From Myxococcales bacterium (lineage in GTDB: Bacteria > Myxococcota_A > Polyangia > Polyangiales > SLQV01), in contig SLEO01000007.1 in NCBI GenBank assembly GCA_007124745.1, positions 1 to 52,243 of the forward strand: a stretch of DNA of 52,243 bases, given 5' to 3'. The notes under the pieces were generated by a model, which made no database searches, was not told where the DNA came from, and saw only the letters and a program-made list of their open reading frames with translations. Shown in pieces: positions 1-9,408 of the stretch. Numbering within the stretch: the first letter of the stretch is position 1; the number at the start of each line of letters is the position of its first letter. The translations under genes and the position numbers were made by a program.

Positions 1-1304
1 ATGGCGGGCAAGCCCGCAAGTGAGGCTGGCAGCGTGAAGATGTCAGCGAGGTACATCGAGAGTGGGTCCGCGACCTCTCCTAGCCGGAAGGCGGGGGTCG
101 GCGTGGTCGGTGAGAGGATGGCATCGCACTGGGCGAAAGCGCGCGCGAAGTCCTGACACAGCAAGGTGCGCACCTTCTGCGCTTTCGCGTAGTAGGCGTC
201 GTAGTACCCCGAAGCCAGCGCGAAGGTCCCGAGCATGATGCGGCGCTTCACTTCCGCACCAAAGCCCTGGCCGCGGGTCTGGGCGTAGGTGTCGACGAGC
301 GACTCGCCTTCCACACGCACGCCATAGCGAACGCCGTCAAAGCGCGAGAGATTACTCGACGCCTCGGCGGAAGCCACGATGTAGTAGATGGCGACGGCAT
401 GCTCGGCACTCGGCAGCTGGATGTCGACGAAACGATGCCCCGCCTCGGCCAATACCCGCTCGGCGTCCTGAAGGCCGGACAGGGCCGCCGGGTCCAGGGC
501 AGCAGGCAGCCCCACGAGGCGCCCAATCGTCAGCGGCTTTCTGGCGGCCGCGATGTCCTCACCGTACGTCGGCACGGGAGCCTGCCGACTCGTTGCATCG
601 CGTCCATCGTGGCCTGCGAGCACCTCTAGAGCGAGCGCGGCGTCTGCAGGAGACGCGGCGAACGGGCCGATTTGGTCCAGAGAGGACGCGAAGGCGACTA
701 AGCCATAGCGAGAAACACGACCATAGGTCGGCTTCACCGCGGTGACCCCGCAGAAGGCACCCGGCTGACGCACCGAGCCGCCCGTATCGCTGCCCAGCGC
801 CAGTGGCACAAGCCCCGCAGCCACCGCAGCGGCAGAGCCGCCAGAGCTGCCCCCAGGAACGCGCGTCAGATCCCAGGGGTTGCGCACGACATGATAGGCC
901 GAGTTTTCGTTGGAAGAGCCCATGGCGAACTCGTCCATGTTCGCCCGCCCAAGCACGATGGCGCCCTCGGCGCGAAGCCGCTCAATGACGTGCGCGTCGT
1001 AGGGCGAACGCCAACCCGCCAAGAGCCGCGAGCCGCAGCTGACCTCTTGACCACGCACGCAGATGTTGTCTTTAATGAGCACGGGCACGCCGCAGAGGCG
1101 GCCGGTTTTGGGACCGCGGTCGACGGTGGCTGCCTGCGCGAAAGCAAGTTCCCGGTCCCAACCGAGCAGCGCGCCATAAACGCCATTCAGCGCGCCCAAG
1201 CGGCTGAGGGTCTCCTCCACCACGCTCTGAGCGCTTCGCTGTCCGGAGACTACTGCGTCTCGCAAAGCTACAGCCGACATGGCGTTGGTCGATGAAGGCT
1301 TCAT
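1..1304 (-). CDS. gatA: Asp-tRNA(Asn)/Glu-tRNA(Gln) amidotransferase subunit A (3' end runs off the window)
   Basis: Not in the ORF track; manual translation from ATG 1304 gives IKDNI, ANMDEFAMGSSNENS, GGSSGGSAAAVA, GSDTGGSVRQP, EASSNLSRFDGVRYG, EVKRRIMLGTF, DIFTLPASLAGLPA. Start overlaps the gatC stop (ATGA). Confidence 0.97.
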   Translation of the reverse strand, partial: MKPSSTNAMSAVALRDAVVSGQRSAQSVVEETLSRLGALNGVYGALLGWDRELAFAQAATVDRGPKTGRLCGVPVLIKDNICVRGQEVSCGSRLLAGWRSPYDAHVIERLRAEGAIVLGRANMDEFAMGSSNENSAYHVVRNPWDLTRVPGGSSGGSAAAVAAGLVPLALGSDTGGSVRQPGAFCGVTAVKPTYGRVSRYGLVAFASSLDQIGPFAASPADAALALEVLAGHDGRDATSRQAPVPTYGEDIAAARKPLTIGRLVGLPAALDPAALSGLQDAERVLAEAGHRFVDIQLPSAEHAVAIYYIVASAEASSNLSRFDGVRYGVRVEGESLVDTYAQTRGQGFGAEVKRRIMLGTFALASGYYDAYYAKAQKVRTLLCQDFARAFAQCDAILSPTTPTPAFRLGEVADPLSMYLADIFTLPASLAGLPA

Positions 1305-1624
1305 GTGCTCGTCTCCATCACCTTCTGAACCGCGAACGCACCCGCATCTGCCTTCGGTGCCGCGGCTAATGCTTCTTCCCGAGGAAGGTGCGGCGTTGGG
1401 ACATCCGCCCGAAAGTGCGGCGTCTCCTCGCGGTCGGGATGCATGGTGTCCGCCACCCCGCTGACATCCACCGCCTCAAGGCGCGCGATGTACTTGAGAA
1501 TCGCCGCAAGGTCTGTACGCAGACCCTCGATTTCGACCTCAGAGCAGGCCAGACGCGCGAGCTTGGCTATCGCACGGACCTGGTCCGCCGGGAGACGCTC
1601 GACTTGGGTTTCAGCCTCAGCCAT
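1301..1624 (-). CDS. gatC: Amidotransferase subunit C
   Basis: VRAIAKLARL...LAAILKYIARLEAVDVSGV...FRAD...EEALAAAPKADAGAFAVQKV; directly upstream of gatA. Start ATG 1624 or GTG 1642. Confidence 0.93.
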   Translation of the reverse strand: MAEAETQVERLPADQVRAIAKLARLACSEVEIEGLRTDLAAILKYIARLEAVDVSGVADTMHPDREETPHFRADVPTPHLPREEALAAAPKADAGAFAVQKVMETST

Positions 1625-1777
1625 AGCGGAGCGTTTTACCACCGGCCTCCGTCCGTGTCAGCCAAGAACCCATCGCAAACTCAACCACTAGCTTCCTTCC
1701 AAGGCCAATCCCCCTCAGAAGCCCGAGATATCCGCCCGAACGCGCAAGCGTTCAACCAACACCTACCGCGCTGACCG

Positions 1778-2719
1778 CTAGAAGTAGTAGAGTGCTGCGA
1801 TGTTGGCGGCGAAAAAATCCCACGGGTCATTGAAGTTGACGGTCGAGAACGCGAAATCTCGGGTTCGTGTCGATAGCGACTGACTGGGGTCCGCTGGGTC
1901 CGCGTTGCGCCTCCGCTGTGTCGAGAATTGTGAGCTGATCCCTACCGTTCCCTGAAGTGCCAACTTGGGCAGGCCCATAAATCCAAAGTGTATCTCCGCA
2001 CCCGCCTTGAGATTAAACCCAAAAACAAAGGTATCAATCTCTCGGTCATCTGTGTCGATAGCGGGATCGCGTTCATCGTCGACCGTCCCGACGGCGAAGT
2101 GCACCTCGGGCACAAACAGAAACTTGTAGTGCTTATTGTGATGCAGAACGAAGGGGGCCCCGACATGAAGGGCACCCGCGAAAAAGTCGCGAATGAAATC
2201 TGGGTTCTCCTCCGAATCTCTGCGGTTCCGCCCCGCGTTAAACCCGAGTCCCGCCTGAATCCCCCAACGCTCACTTAACCAGTAGCGCGCCCCCACAACG
2301 GACACATTACTCGCCCCCGGAATCTGAACCCGTCCTAAATAACCAACGCCGAAGTGCCGAATCACCGCAGCATGATCGCTACTTGGCTTGCTGTGCGCGT
2401 GCCTTGACCCCTCCTCCGGCTCCATCGGGATGGCGGTCACCGCTTCGGGCGCTTCCGGCGGCGGGGCTTCCGGCGGCGGGGCTTCCGGCGGCGCTACCTC
2501 GTCAGAAGAGAGGCCGAAAGCAACAACACCCCCTCTAGCCATCCCCTCGGATTCCGTTTCCATTGCTTCGGCTTCGGCGCCTTGCGCCTGCGTCGAAGAC
2601 GCGGTTTCGCAAAGGAAACCGATAACCATCAGCGCAACTAACGCGTGCCTTAACGTCACGGCGCAACCCGCTCTGCGTTCAACACTTCTCGATCCACCCG
2701 TACGTCGTGATGCACCCAT
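1778..2719 (-). CDS. Predicted outer-membrane beta-barrel protein
   Basis: Signal-like N-terminus, Pro/Glu linker, alternating amphipathic strands (GARYWLS, WGIQAGLGFN, LKAGAEIHFG) and C-terminal ALYYF beta-signal. Start uncertain. Confidence 0.7.
   Translation of the reverse strand: MGASRRTGGSRSVERRAGCAVTLRHALVALMVIGFLCETASSTQAQGAEAEAMETESEGMARGGVVAFGLSSDEVAPPEAPPPEAPPPEAPEAVTAIPMEPEEGSRHAHSKPSSDHAAVIRHFGVGYLGRVQIPGASNVSVVGARYWLSERWGIQAGLGFNAGRNRRDSEENPDFIRDFFAGALHVGAPFVLHHNKHYKFLFVPEVHFAVGTVDDERDPAIDTDDREIDTFVFGFNLKAGAEIHFGFMGLPKLALQGTVGISSQFSTQRRRNADPADPSQSLSTRTRDFAFSTVNFNDPWDFFAANIAALYYF
2451..2493. repeat. 15-bp tandem repeat (GCTTCCGGCGGCGGG, ~2.9 copies) encoding PPEAP
   Basis: Read directly from the sequence. 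Confidence 0.9.
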
Positions 2720-3003
2720 GTCGCTAGTTCCCTTACCGCTCTGAGTTGCGCGCTAACGGACAGGCGCTGTCCACCAACCCAGCGGCACTCCAACTCTACT
2801 GCTTAGCCACGCGGCCTCACGACTCCACCGGGAGCGCCAGATGCGAAAGCGACCTTCGTCTACCACAACTGCTTAAGCGGTACAAATATTATTGCTTTCG
2901 CCGTGCCGCTCATTTATTTATGTTCGTTATCTAAGACATACCTACGGTCCAATCCGAATTCTTGGCGGACGGCGACTCACTGATCAGGAAAGCAGAGAAA
3001 CAC

Positions 3004-4278
3004 ATGAAATCGTTAACATTCTTGCCTACGCTCACAAGGCAGAAGCGCGCATGGGTCGCCGTATTCTGTTGCGCCCTTGCCGGCTGCTCCATCCGCAAAG
3101 ACCCGGCGGCGGAGGTGTACTACGAGGGGTCGGTCTTGAATCTCGTCACGACGCAACGCCTCGACACCTACTCCCTTCGCATCCGTCAAAACGGCGAAGA
3201 TCGGCGCGCACATGTAAGTAGCGACGGTTTTTACCGGGTAGGGCCCGTGTTCGCAGACCAGGATTTCATCGTCACCATCGAAGCAGAAGGCTTCCGCGCC
3301 TTTATGTCAGCGGTGACCCACGAGGACGTACCCGAAGCGAACACTAGCCGGCGTGCGCCGGGGCTATCCCGCGTCTTTGATGCTTGGCTTGTGCCCGAGG
3401 ACGCGGTGGCGGGCCCTCAGACCCTCCGGTTTGAGGATGCTGACGGGACAAGTCCCGTACGGGGTCAGGTACGCTTAATGCCGCAAAGCGGCTCAGCGCT
3501 GAAGACGAACATCACGCGCCCGGCTTCGCTAACGGGTCAGGAGTGGGAGAATACCCTCGATTTGCAAACGGGTGCTGTCTTCGCGGAAATCAGTGAAGGA
3601 GTGGCTCGGCTACAACCGGGACAACTCGTTTACGGGGTTACCTACGGACTCGAGGTCATCTCGTTCGCAGTCGAGGAAGGCTCCTTTCTGACAGCGGCTG
3701 CCAACGAAAGTTTTACGGCAGGGCTCGCGCCAGAAGAATTAACGTTTGTCGTCACGTCCACGCGCGTGTTGCCGGAGTTCGCGTTTCTCGGGACCAATGT
3801 CGACGAGGCAACCCTTGTCGGAACGGGCTTGCTTGAGTTTCGGTTTGACCGGCCTATCGTTATCACTGGGCCCGCTTCCCTCACCGCGCTACGTACCCTC
3901 CTAGCGGGCAACTTTACGGTGAACTCGCAAGCTGACCGCTTGCTTCCTGTTCTCGATGACAACGGTGACCCGGTTGTGGACCCCGACACAGGCGAAGAAG
4001 AGTTTGCGTTTCAAGGTAACCGCGTTGCTGACCCGGTGACAATCAGCGTGCGGGGCGCGCAATATGTGGGAGACGCCACAACCCTCGGTTTCCAATGGAA
4101 CCGCACACTGTCTCTCGAAGAGTCCCACCCGCGCGTGGCGATCCTCAGCGTTATCTACGGCGGCCTGAATGAGATCTTCATCGCACCGGAAGATGGCTCG
4201 GAGGAGCCCGAAGCGCTCGGAAGCATCGTCGGGGCCCTCTCGATCACCGTCCCAGTGCAGGCTCCGATTACGGACTAG
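3004..4278 (+). CDS. Lipoprotein with carboxypeptidase-regulatory/Ig-like beta domains
   Basis: ATG 3004, lipobox ALAGC, motif SSDGFYRVGPV...FIVTIEAEGFRAF typical of CarboxypepD_reg-like domains. Confidence 0.7.
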   Translation: MKSLTFLPTLTRQKRAWVAVFCCALAGCSIRKDPAAEVYYEGSVLNLVTTQRLDTYSLRIRQNGEDRRAHVSSDGFYRVGPVFADQDFIVTIEAEGFRAFMSAVTHEDVPEANTSRRAPGLSRVFDAWLVPEDAVAGPQTLRFEDADGTSPVRGQVRLMPQSGSALKTNITRPASLTGQEWENTLDLQTGAVFAEISEGVARLQPGQLVYGVTYGLEVISFAVEEGSFLTAAANESFTAGLAPEELTFVVTSTRVLPEFAFLGTNVDEATLVGTGLLEFRFDRPIVITGPASLTALRTLLAGNFTVNSQADRLLPVLDDNGDPVVDPDTGEEEFAFQGNRVADPVTISVRGAQYVGDATTLGFQWNRTLSLEESHPRVAILSVIYGGLNEIFIAPEDGSEEPEALGSIVGALSITVPVQAPITD

Positions 4279-4310
4279 TTGACCCGTAAAGCGATTACGG
4301 GGGCTCGATG

Positions 4311-4358
4311 AAAGAAAGCCCGGGTCGACCGTTCTGGATGGACGGTCAACCTGGGCTT
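4311..4358 (-). terminator. Intrinsic terminator after tyrS-fabH (possibly bidirectional)
   Basis: 17-bp near-perfect stem AAGCCCGGGTCGACCGT/ACGGTCAACCTGGGCTT with a TTTCTTT tail on the minus strand, between convergent genes. A second hairpin CCCGTAA-N5-TTACGGG lies at 4283-4301. Confidence 0.7.
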
Positions 4359-4404
4359 CGCGCATTGGGGAGCTGCCGCGCATTCGTGAGGCAGTTCCCC
4401 TACG

Positions 4405-5466
4405 CTAAATGCGCATGATGGAGGCGCCCCAGTTGAGGCCTGCACCGAGCGCGAAAAAGCAGACGAGCTGACCGGATTTCACGTCACCGGATTCACGTAG
4501 TTCATCGAGTAGGATGGGAATCGTAGCGCCGGAAGTGTTGCCGTAGCGGGCGATGTTGGAGGGGACCTTGGCCTCGGGCAACTTCATCGCATCGCGCACC
4601 GCCGCGTTGATGCGGTCGTTGGCTTGGTGGGCGAGGAACCAGTCGATGTCGCTTACCTCGACGCCTGCGCCAGCGGCGGCTTTGCGAATCGCATCGGGAA
4701 GGCGGGTGACGGCGAGCTTGAAGAGCTCGCGACCCTTCATCTGGGGCAGCTCACGCTCTTCGGCGAGCACCCCCGCATCGACAAAAGGCTGGGCCAGAAA
4801 GCCAACGCCTGGAATATAGATTTGGTCGAAGTGCGCTCCGTCGCTGGCGACGTGCGTGTAGAGCAACCCTTCGCCCGCAGCTTGGCTACGCTCAAGGACG
4901 CAGGCGCCGGCACCGTCGCCGAAGATGACGGCGTAACCTCGGTGTCGCGTCGCCCGTTCAAAGTCGGCGTCGCCCTCTTCTACCGGGCCGCCCTCGCCCC
5001 GCAGCCGGTCCCAGCGCTTCCAAGGCATCATGCCCGCATGGGCCTCCGCCGCGATGAGCAGCACGCGCTTGGCGGCACCCGACGCAAGCAGGCCATCGGC
5101 GACCTGAAGCGCGTAGGGGAAGGCCGCGCATTGCTGACGGATGTCGAGCGCCGGAACGCCCTGCAGACCCAGCTTCGTGGCGGCCATGGGACCCGAGCCC
5201 GGGAAGACGTACTCGGGGGTCATCGTCGCGAAAATGACGTAGTCGATGCTCGCAGGGTCGATGTTGCCCGCTTCGAGCGCTTGCTTGGCAGCGGCTGCGC
5301 CTAGATCGCTCACCCCCTGCCCCGGTGCGGAAAAGTGGCGCTGTGCGACCCCGGTGCGTTGACGGATCCACGCGTCGTTCGTGTCCATCACACGCGAGAG
5401 GACATCGTTGGTGACAGGCTGCCCAGGCACGAATCGGCCTGTAGCGATGATCTTCGAACCAGGCAT
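4405..5466 (-). CDS. fabH: 3-oxoacyl-ACP synthase III (KAS III)
   Basis: DTNDAWIRQRTG, QQCAAF (catalytic Cys), FGDGAGA, HQAN, YGNTSGATIP, GAGLNWG. Confidence 0.92.
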   Translation of the reverse strand: MPGSKIIATGRFVPGQPVTNDVLSRVMDTNDAWIRQRTGVAQRHFSAPGQGVSDLGAAAAKQALEAGNIDPASIDYVIFATMTPEYVFPGSGPMAATKLGLQGVPALDIRQQCAAFPYALQVADGLLASGAAKRVLLIAAEAHAGMMPWKRWDRLRGEGGPVEEGDADFERATRHRGYAVIFGDGAGACVLERSQAAGEGLLYTHVASDGAHFDQIYIPGVGFLAQPFVDAGVLAEERELPQMKGRELFKLAVTRLPDAIRKAAAGAGVEVSDIDWFLAHQANDRINAAVRDAMKLPEAKVPSNIARYGNTSGATIPILLDELRESGDVKSGQLVCFFALGAGLNWGASIMRI

Positions 5467-5576
5467 AACCTTTGATGCTTCCCTTCGTGGGCTGTCACCG
5501 TGCCACGCGCGGCGAGGGGTGCAAGTCCCATCGAACGCGCGTGGTTGACTAACCGAGACCGTATGAGCCCGGCGAT

Positions 5577-6776
5577 CTAGTCATGAAAGGTGAGCTTAAA
5601 CCAGCGGCGCTTGCCTAGGCGCAGCACCTGCCCCTCCGCAGTGGCGTCCACTTGTTCGTGCTCATCACTGAGGCGTCGCTCGTCCAGTCCCACCGCGCCC
5701 GCCCGCAACAAACGCCGCGCTTCACTGCGGCTCAGCTCGGGCTGGCAGGCAACCATGACATCGAGGAGCGGTCCGGGAGTCACACGCGCAGCCGGCGCAT
5801 CGACGGGCTGCTGGCGCTGAGAGAACGTCTCACGGAACCAGGCGGTCTCTTCAGCGCCCGCAGCCTCTCCGTGGTATCGCGTCACGATAGCGGCAGCGAG
5901 CTCGAGCTTGAGGTCCCGAGGGTTGAGTCCACCCGTTTGCATCTGGCCCACACGCGCCTTGATGTGATCGAGGGGCAGCGTGGTGTAGACCTCAAGATAC
6001 TGCGCGATGAGCGTGTCAGGGATGCGCATCACCTTGCCGAATTTGTCGCGGGGGGTGTCGGCGAGGGCGATGTAGTTGCCTAGGGTCTTGCTTTGCTTCT
6101 GCACGCCGTCGGTGCCCGGCGTTATTTTGCTGGTGAGTACCACCTGCGGCGGCTGCCCGAGCCGTTCCTGAAAGAAACGCCCCATCATTTCGTTGAAAAG
6201 CTGGTCCGAACCAACGATGGTCAGGTCGGAGTTGAGCATGAAAGAATCGTATCCCTGGAGCACGGGGTAGAGCAGCTCGTGCATCCAGATTTCCTTCTGC
6301 TCGGCGATGCGCGCCTGAAACATGTCGCGCTGGATGAGGCGCCCATGGGTCACCATAGCGAGCAAACTTAAGAACTCCGTCGCGCCCATGGGCCCGAACC
6401 ATTCGGAGTTGCGGCGCACTTCGAATACCGCCGGGTCCGTCAGCAGAATCTGACCGCACTGGTCGATGAAGGCCTGCGCATTGGCTTCAATCTCCGCGTC
6501 CGTCGGCACCTTGCGGGCCGCAGACTTTCCCGTCGGGTCACCGATGCGCGTGGTGTAGTCGCCGAGCAGGAAGAGTACCCGATGCCCCTCCTCTTGAAGG
6601 CGCCGCATCATCCAGAGATTAACCGCGTGTCCGATATGCAGAAACGGCGCGGTAATATCGACGCCGTACTTGATGCGCAGCGGCCGGCCGAGCTTAAGTT
6701 TGCGCTCCAGCTCCCCCTGGGAGAAGACTTGGTCGCTCGTTCGTTGCAGGTCCTGCAGTAGCGTGGAGTCCGTCAC
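5577..6776 (-). CDS. tyrS: Tyrosine-tRNA ligase (TyrZ/type 2-like)
   Basis: HIGH motif, IGDPTGK, LYPVLQGYDS, GSDQLFN, KMSKS variant KQSKT, C-terminal S4 domain (SRSEARRLL...LRLGKRRW). Confidence 0.95.
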   Translation of the reverse strand: MTDSTLLQDLQRTSDQVFSQGELERKLKLGRPLRIKYGVDITAPFLHIGHAVNLWMMRRLQEEGHRVLFLLGDYTTRIGDPTGKSAARKVPTDAEIEANAQAFIDQCGQILLTDPAVFEVRRNSEWFGPMGATEFLSLLAMVTHGRLIQRDMFQARIAEQKEIWMHELLYPVLQGYDSFMLNSDLTIVGSDQLFNEMMGRFFQERLGQPPQVVLTSKITPGTDGVQKQSKTLGNYIALADTPRDKFGKVMRIPDTLIAQYLEVYTTLPLDHIKARVGQMQTGGLNPRDLKLELAAAIVTRYHGEAAGAEETAWFRETFSQRQQPVDAPAARVTPGPLLDVMVACQPELSRSEARRLLRAGAVGLDERRLSDEHEQVDATAEGQVLRLGKRRWFKLTFHD

Positions 6777-7047
6777 CGGCGAGGACGTAGCAAAGCTCAG
6801 ACGCCCGGTCTACGCCCCGAGCGTCTACTAGCGCGCAAGGTCAGACCTCCGGCAGGCCGGATTGGGGGCAATGCCTACCCCAACACGGGCGCACCCTCCT
6901 TGCCGCGAGACATCGGGTGCTGGGCGGGCAGGTAGCCCCTGCACGGGCTTAGCGCCTTGCGTGCGCGGCCCGAACGCGATGCGAGCCGTCGCTCGGCTAC
7001 GGGCGGCTCCAGTGTGCCTTGAGTGCCCGTTTGGGCCAACGCTTCAC

Positions 7048-9303
7048 CTAACGTGCTCTCTCGCCCCAGGCCTTGATCGGCATAACATCCCCAAGACCGC
7101 CCTGTGTCGCTTCGCCTGCAACGCCAACGGCTGCAGACGAGGCATGAGGCAATCGGGACACTACAGGTGGCCGCGAGGCCGCAGGAGCTATAGATGCGGG
7201 CGATGCCGGTCGACACGACACGGCGGCCAAGCTCGCGCGCACCTCCCGCGCAATCTCGTCGCTCCGTGCCGACTCTGATGGCACCTCTTGCGCCCGCGGA
7301 GTTGGACAATCTGCGTGCAACCCTGCGACACCGCCATTGGGGGTCCCGCCATCGTCCGGCGCGTCAGCGTCTACGCTATCGTCTAGGTCCGCGTCGAGAT
7401 CCGGGGTGACGTCCTGCACGCTCGGCGGCGGACGCGTCGTCTCACGTACGCGTTGCTCTGGCGGAGCCTGGTCTTCGCTGCGCCGCCCAAAGGGCAGAGA
7501 GGAGCGGGACTCAGCCTGGGGCTGCGGCAGTCGCAAAACAAAGGAGGTTCCTTGGGCATTCGATGCGAAGGTGACCTCGCCCTCGTGGTCCTTCGTGACC
7601 TTCTGCACGAGCGCCAAACCTAAGCCCGTACCGTTGTGCTTTCCATAGGTAGCGAAAGAATCGAAAATGCTTGCCTGCGCCTCCTGAGGAATGCCCGGCC
7701 CGTCGTCGGTGACGCGAATCAGCAGGTCACCACTCGTTTCCTCACGGGTCACCGCAATTTCGATGTGCCCGCCGTGCTCCGCGAGCGCTTGCGCCGAGTT
7801 ACGCGCCAAGTTGTGGATGGCCCGCTGCACTTTCATCTCGTCGAAATAGGCCACGCCCTTGTCCGCGAGGGTCAACGAAAAGCGCAGGTGCGGGCTCTCG
7901 AAGGCGCGACGCAAGTGCTCGGTCACCTCGGGAAAGAAACGCGCTAGGTATACCTTGCGGATCAGCACCCGCCGGTCACCCCGCGCAAAAGCCAGGGTCT
8001 CCTTGGTCATCGCATCGACAAGATTGACCTGTTTCAGCGCTGTACGCGCCAGGTTGCGCCGGACCTCCTCGCTTGGCTCCTCGGCCATGAGCTGCACGTA
8101 GCCCGAGATGACGGTCATGGGGGTGCGCAGGTCATGGAGCATGCCGGAAAGAAACTGCCCAATCGCGCTGAGTCGTTCTTCTCGCAGGCGGCGTTCACGC
8201 TGCTGAGCCCGACCGATAGCGGAAGCCACCTGCCCCGCGATAAGCAACGCAAGCCGCAGGTCGTCTTCGTTAAACTCCGCCCGGCCGCCCGCCTTGTTGA
8301 GAAACTGAAGAGCACCGCTACCCTGGTCTTCCCATATCAGCGGCACGCAAAGCACGGACCGCGGGTGGTAGCCCACGCGGTCGGAGATTTGGCGCGAATG
8401 CCGCGCATCGTCGTCAACATTGTTGATGACTTGCGGCTGTTTGTGTTTGGCCACCCAACCTGAGATGCCCTGACCCGACTTAATCTCAATACGCTTGATT
8501 TCGTCAGGTTTGCCTCCGACGGCCGCCCGAAAGCGCAAATCGCCGCTCTCTTCGTCGGCAATCAGAATCGCAGCGGCTTCCACGTCCATCGCTACGGTGG
8601 ACTGCTGCAAGACGCGCTCAAAAAGGTCATCGAGCGCAAGCGCACTCGCGGCCGCCGCCGACACATCAAGGAGGACCTCCTGGTCCCGAATCATGCGCTC
8701 GAGGCGGTCCTTAGCCTCAAGCAGCTCCATGTTCTTGCCGACGACGGACAGGAAGAGCTTGGAGTTCTCAATTGAAACAGCCGCTTGCGACGCGAGTGCG
8801 CTCAGGAGCGCTTCGTCGTCGGAGCTAAAGCAACCGTGACGCCGGTTAAGGGCCTGCACGACGCCGATGGTGCGTCCCTGATGATTCTTCATCGGCACGC
8901 AAATCATCGATTGCGTCGAAAACCCCGTGCGCTTGTCCCACTCGGGGTCGAAGCGCGCATCGTTGCGCGCATCCGCCAAGTTGACCGCCTCGCCGTGCTC
9001 CGCGACCCAGCCCGCTAAACCTTCACCGACCCGCAGCCGGATATCGCCCGGTGCGGTGCCTTGACCAAACTCCGCCGTGAGGGTTTCTCCGGCATCATCG
9101 AGCAAAAACAGGGTGGCGCGCTCCGCATCCATCACGTCGGAAATGCGGTCGATAATCAACGCGAGAAGTTCATCGAGGTCGAGCGCTGACACCAACGCGG
9201 CGCCGATGTCGCGAAGCGCGCGTACTTTGGCGCGTTCATGTTCCAGCAACACCTGCGCGGGCAGTTCCGCTGTAGCTGCCGGTACTGAACCTACTTCCAC
9301 CAT
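7048..9303 (-). CDS. GAF-GAF sensor histidine kinase with long low-complexity C-terminal tail
   Basis: Two GAF repeats (GEGLAGWVA / GQGISGWVA), H-box LHDLRTPM, N-box NLARNS, DDGPGIP, GTGLGL; no TM segment. Confidence 0.92.
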   Translation of the reverse strand: MVEVGSVPAATAELPAQVLLEHERAKVRALRDIGAALVSALDLDELLALIIDRISDVMDAERATLFLLDDAGETLTAEFGQGTAPGDIRLRVGEGLAGWVAEHGEAVNLADARNDARFDPEWDKRTGFSTQSMICVPMKNHQGRTIGVVQALNRRHGCFSSDDEALLSALASQAAVSIENSKLFLSVVGKNMELLEAKDRLERMIRDQEVLLDVSAAAASALALDDLFERVLQQSTVAMDVEAAAILIADEESGDLRFRAAVGGKPDEIKRIEIKSGQGISGWVAKHKQPQVINNVDDDARHSRQISDRVGYHPRSVLCVPLIWEDQGSGALQFLNKAGGRAEFNEDDLRLALLIAGQVASAIGRAQQRERRLREERLSAIGQFLSGMLHDLRTPMTVISGYVQLMAEEPSEEVRRNLARTALKQVNLVDAMTKETLAFARGDRRVLIRKVYLARFFPEVTEHLRRAFESPHLRFSLTLADKGVAYFDEMKVQRAIHNLARNSAQALAEHGGHIEIAVTREETSGDLLIRVTDDGPGIPQEAQASIFDSFATYGKHNGTGLGLALVQKVTKDHEGEVTFASNAQGTSFVLRLPQPQAESRSSLPFGRRSEDQAPPEQRVRETTRPPPSVQDVTPDLDADLDDSVDADAPDDGGTPNGGVAGLHADCPTPRAQEVPSESARSDEIAREVRASLAAVSCRPASPASIAPAASRPPVVSRLPHASSAAVGVAGEATQGGLGDVMPIKAWGERAR

Positions 9304-9408
9304 CGCACATCGAGTATCGCCAAAGCATGGCGCACTTTCAATCGTAGAGCGCGGACCCCGCCAGAGAGGAACCTGTGCGTCCTTCTCTCCACCGCGCGAA
9401 GCATTCGA

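Noticed and set aside
2901-2928. dif (XerCD) site suggested by TTATGTT in an AT-rich patch
   Set aside because: Only part of the XerD arm matches and the XerC arm does not; a divergent promoter region explains it better.
5491-5505. Sigma54 promoter before fabH (TGGCACG-N4-CAGC, minus strand); a similar GG-N10-GC near 20373
   Set aside because: The -12 element lacks TTGC and such matches are frequent in GC-rich DNA.
6777-7047. T-box leader upstream of tyrS
   Set aside because: No T-box consensus (GGTGGNACCGCG-like) or terminator/antiterminator found on the minus strand.
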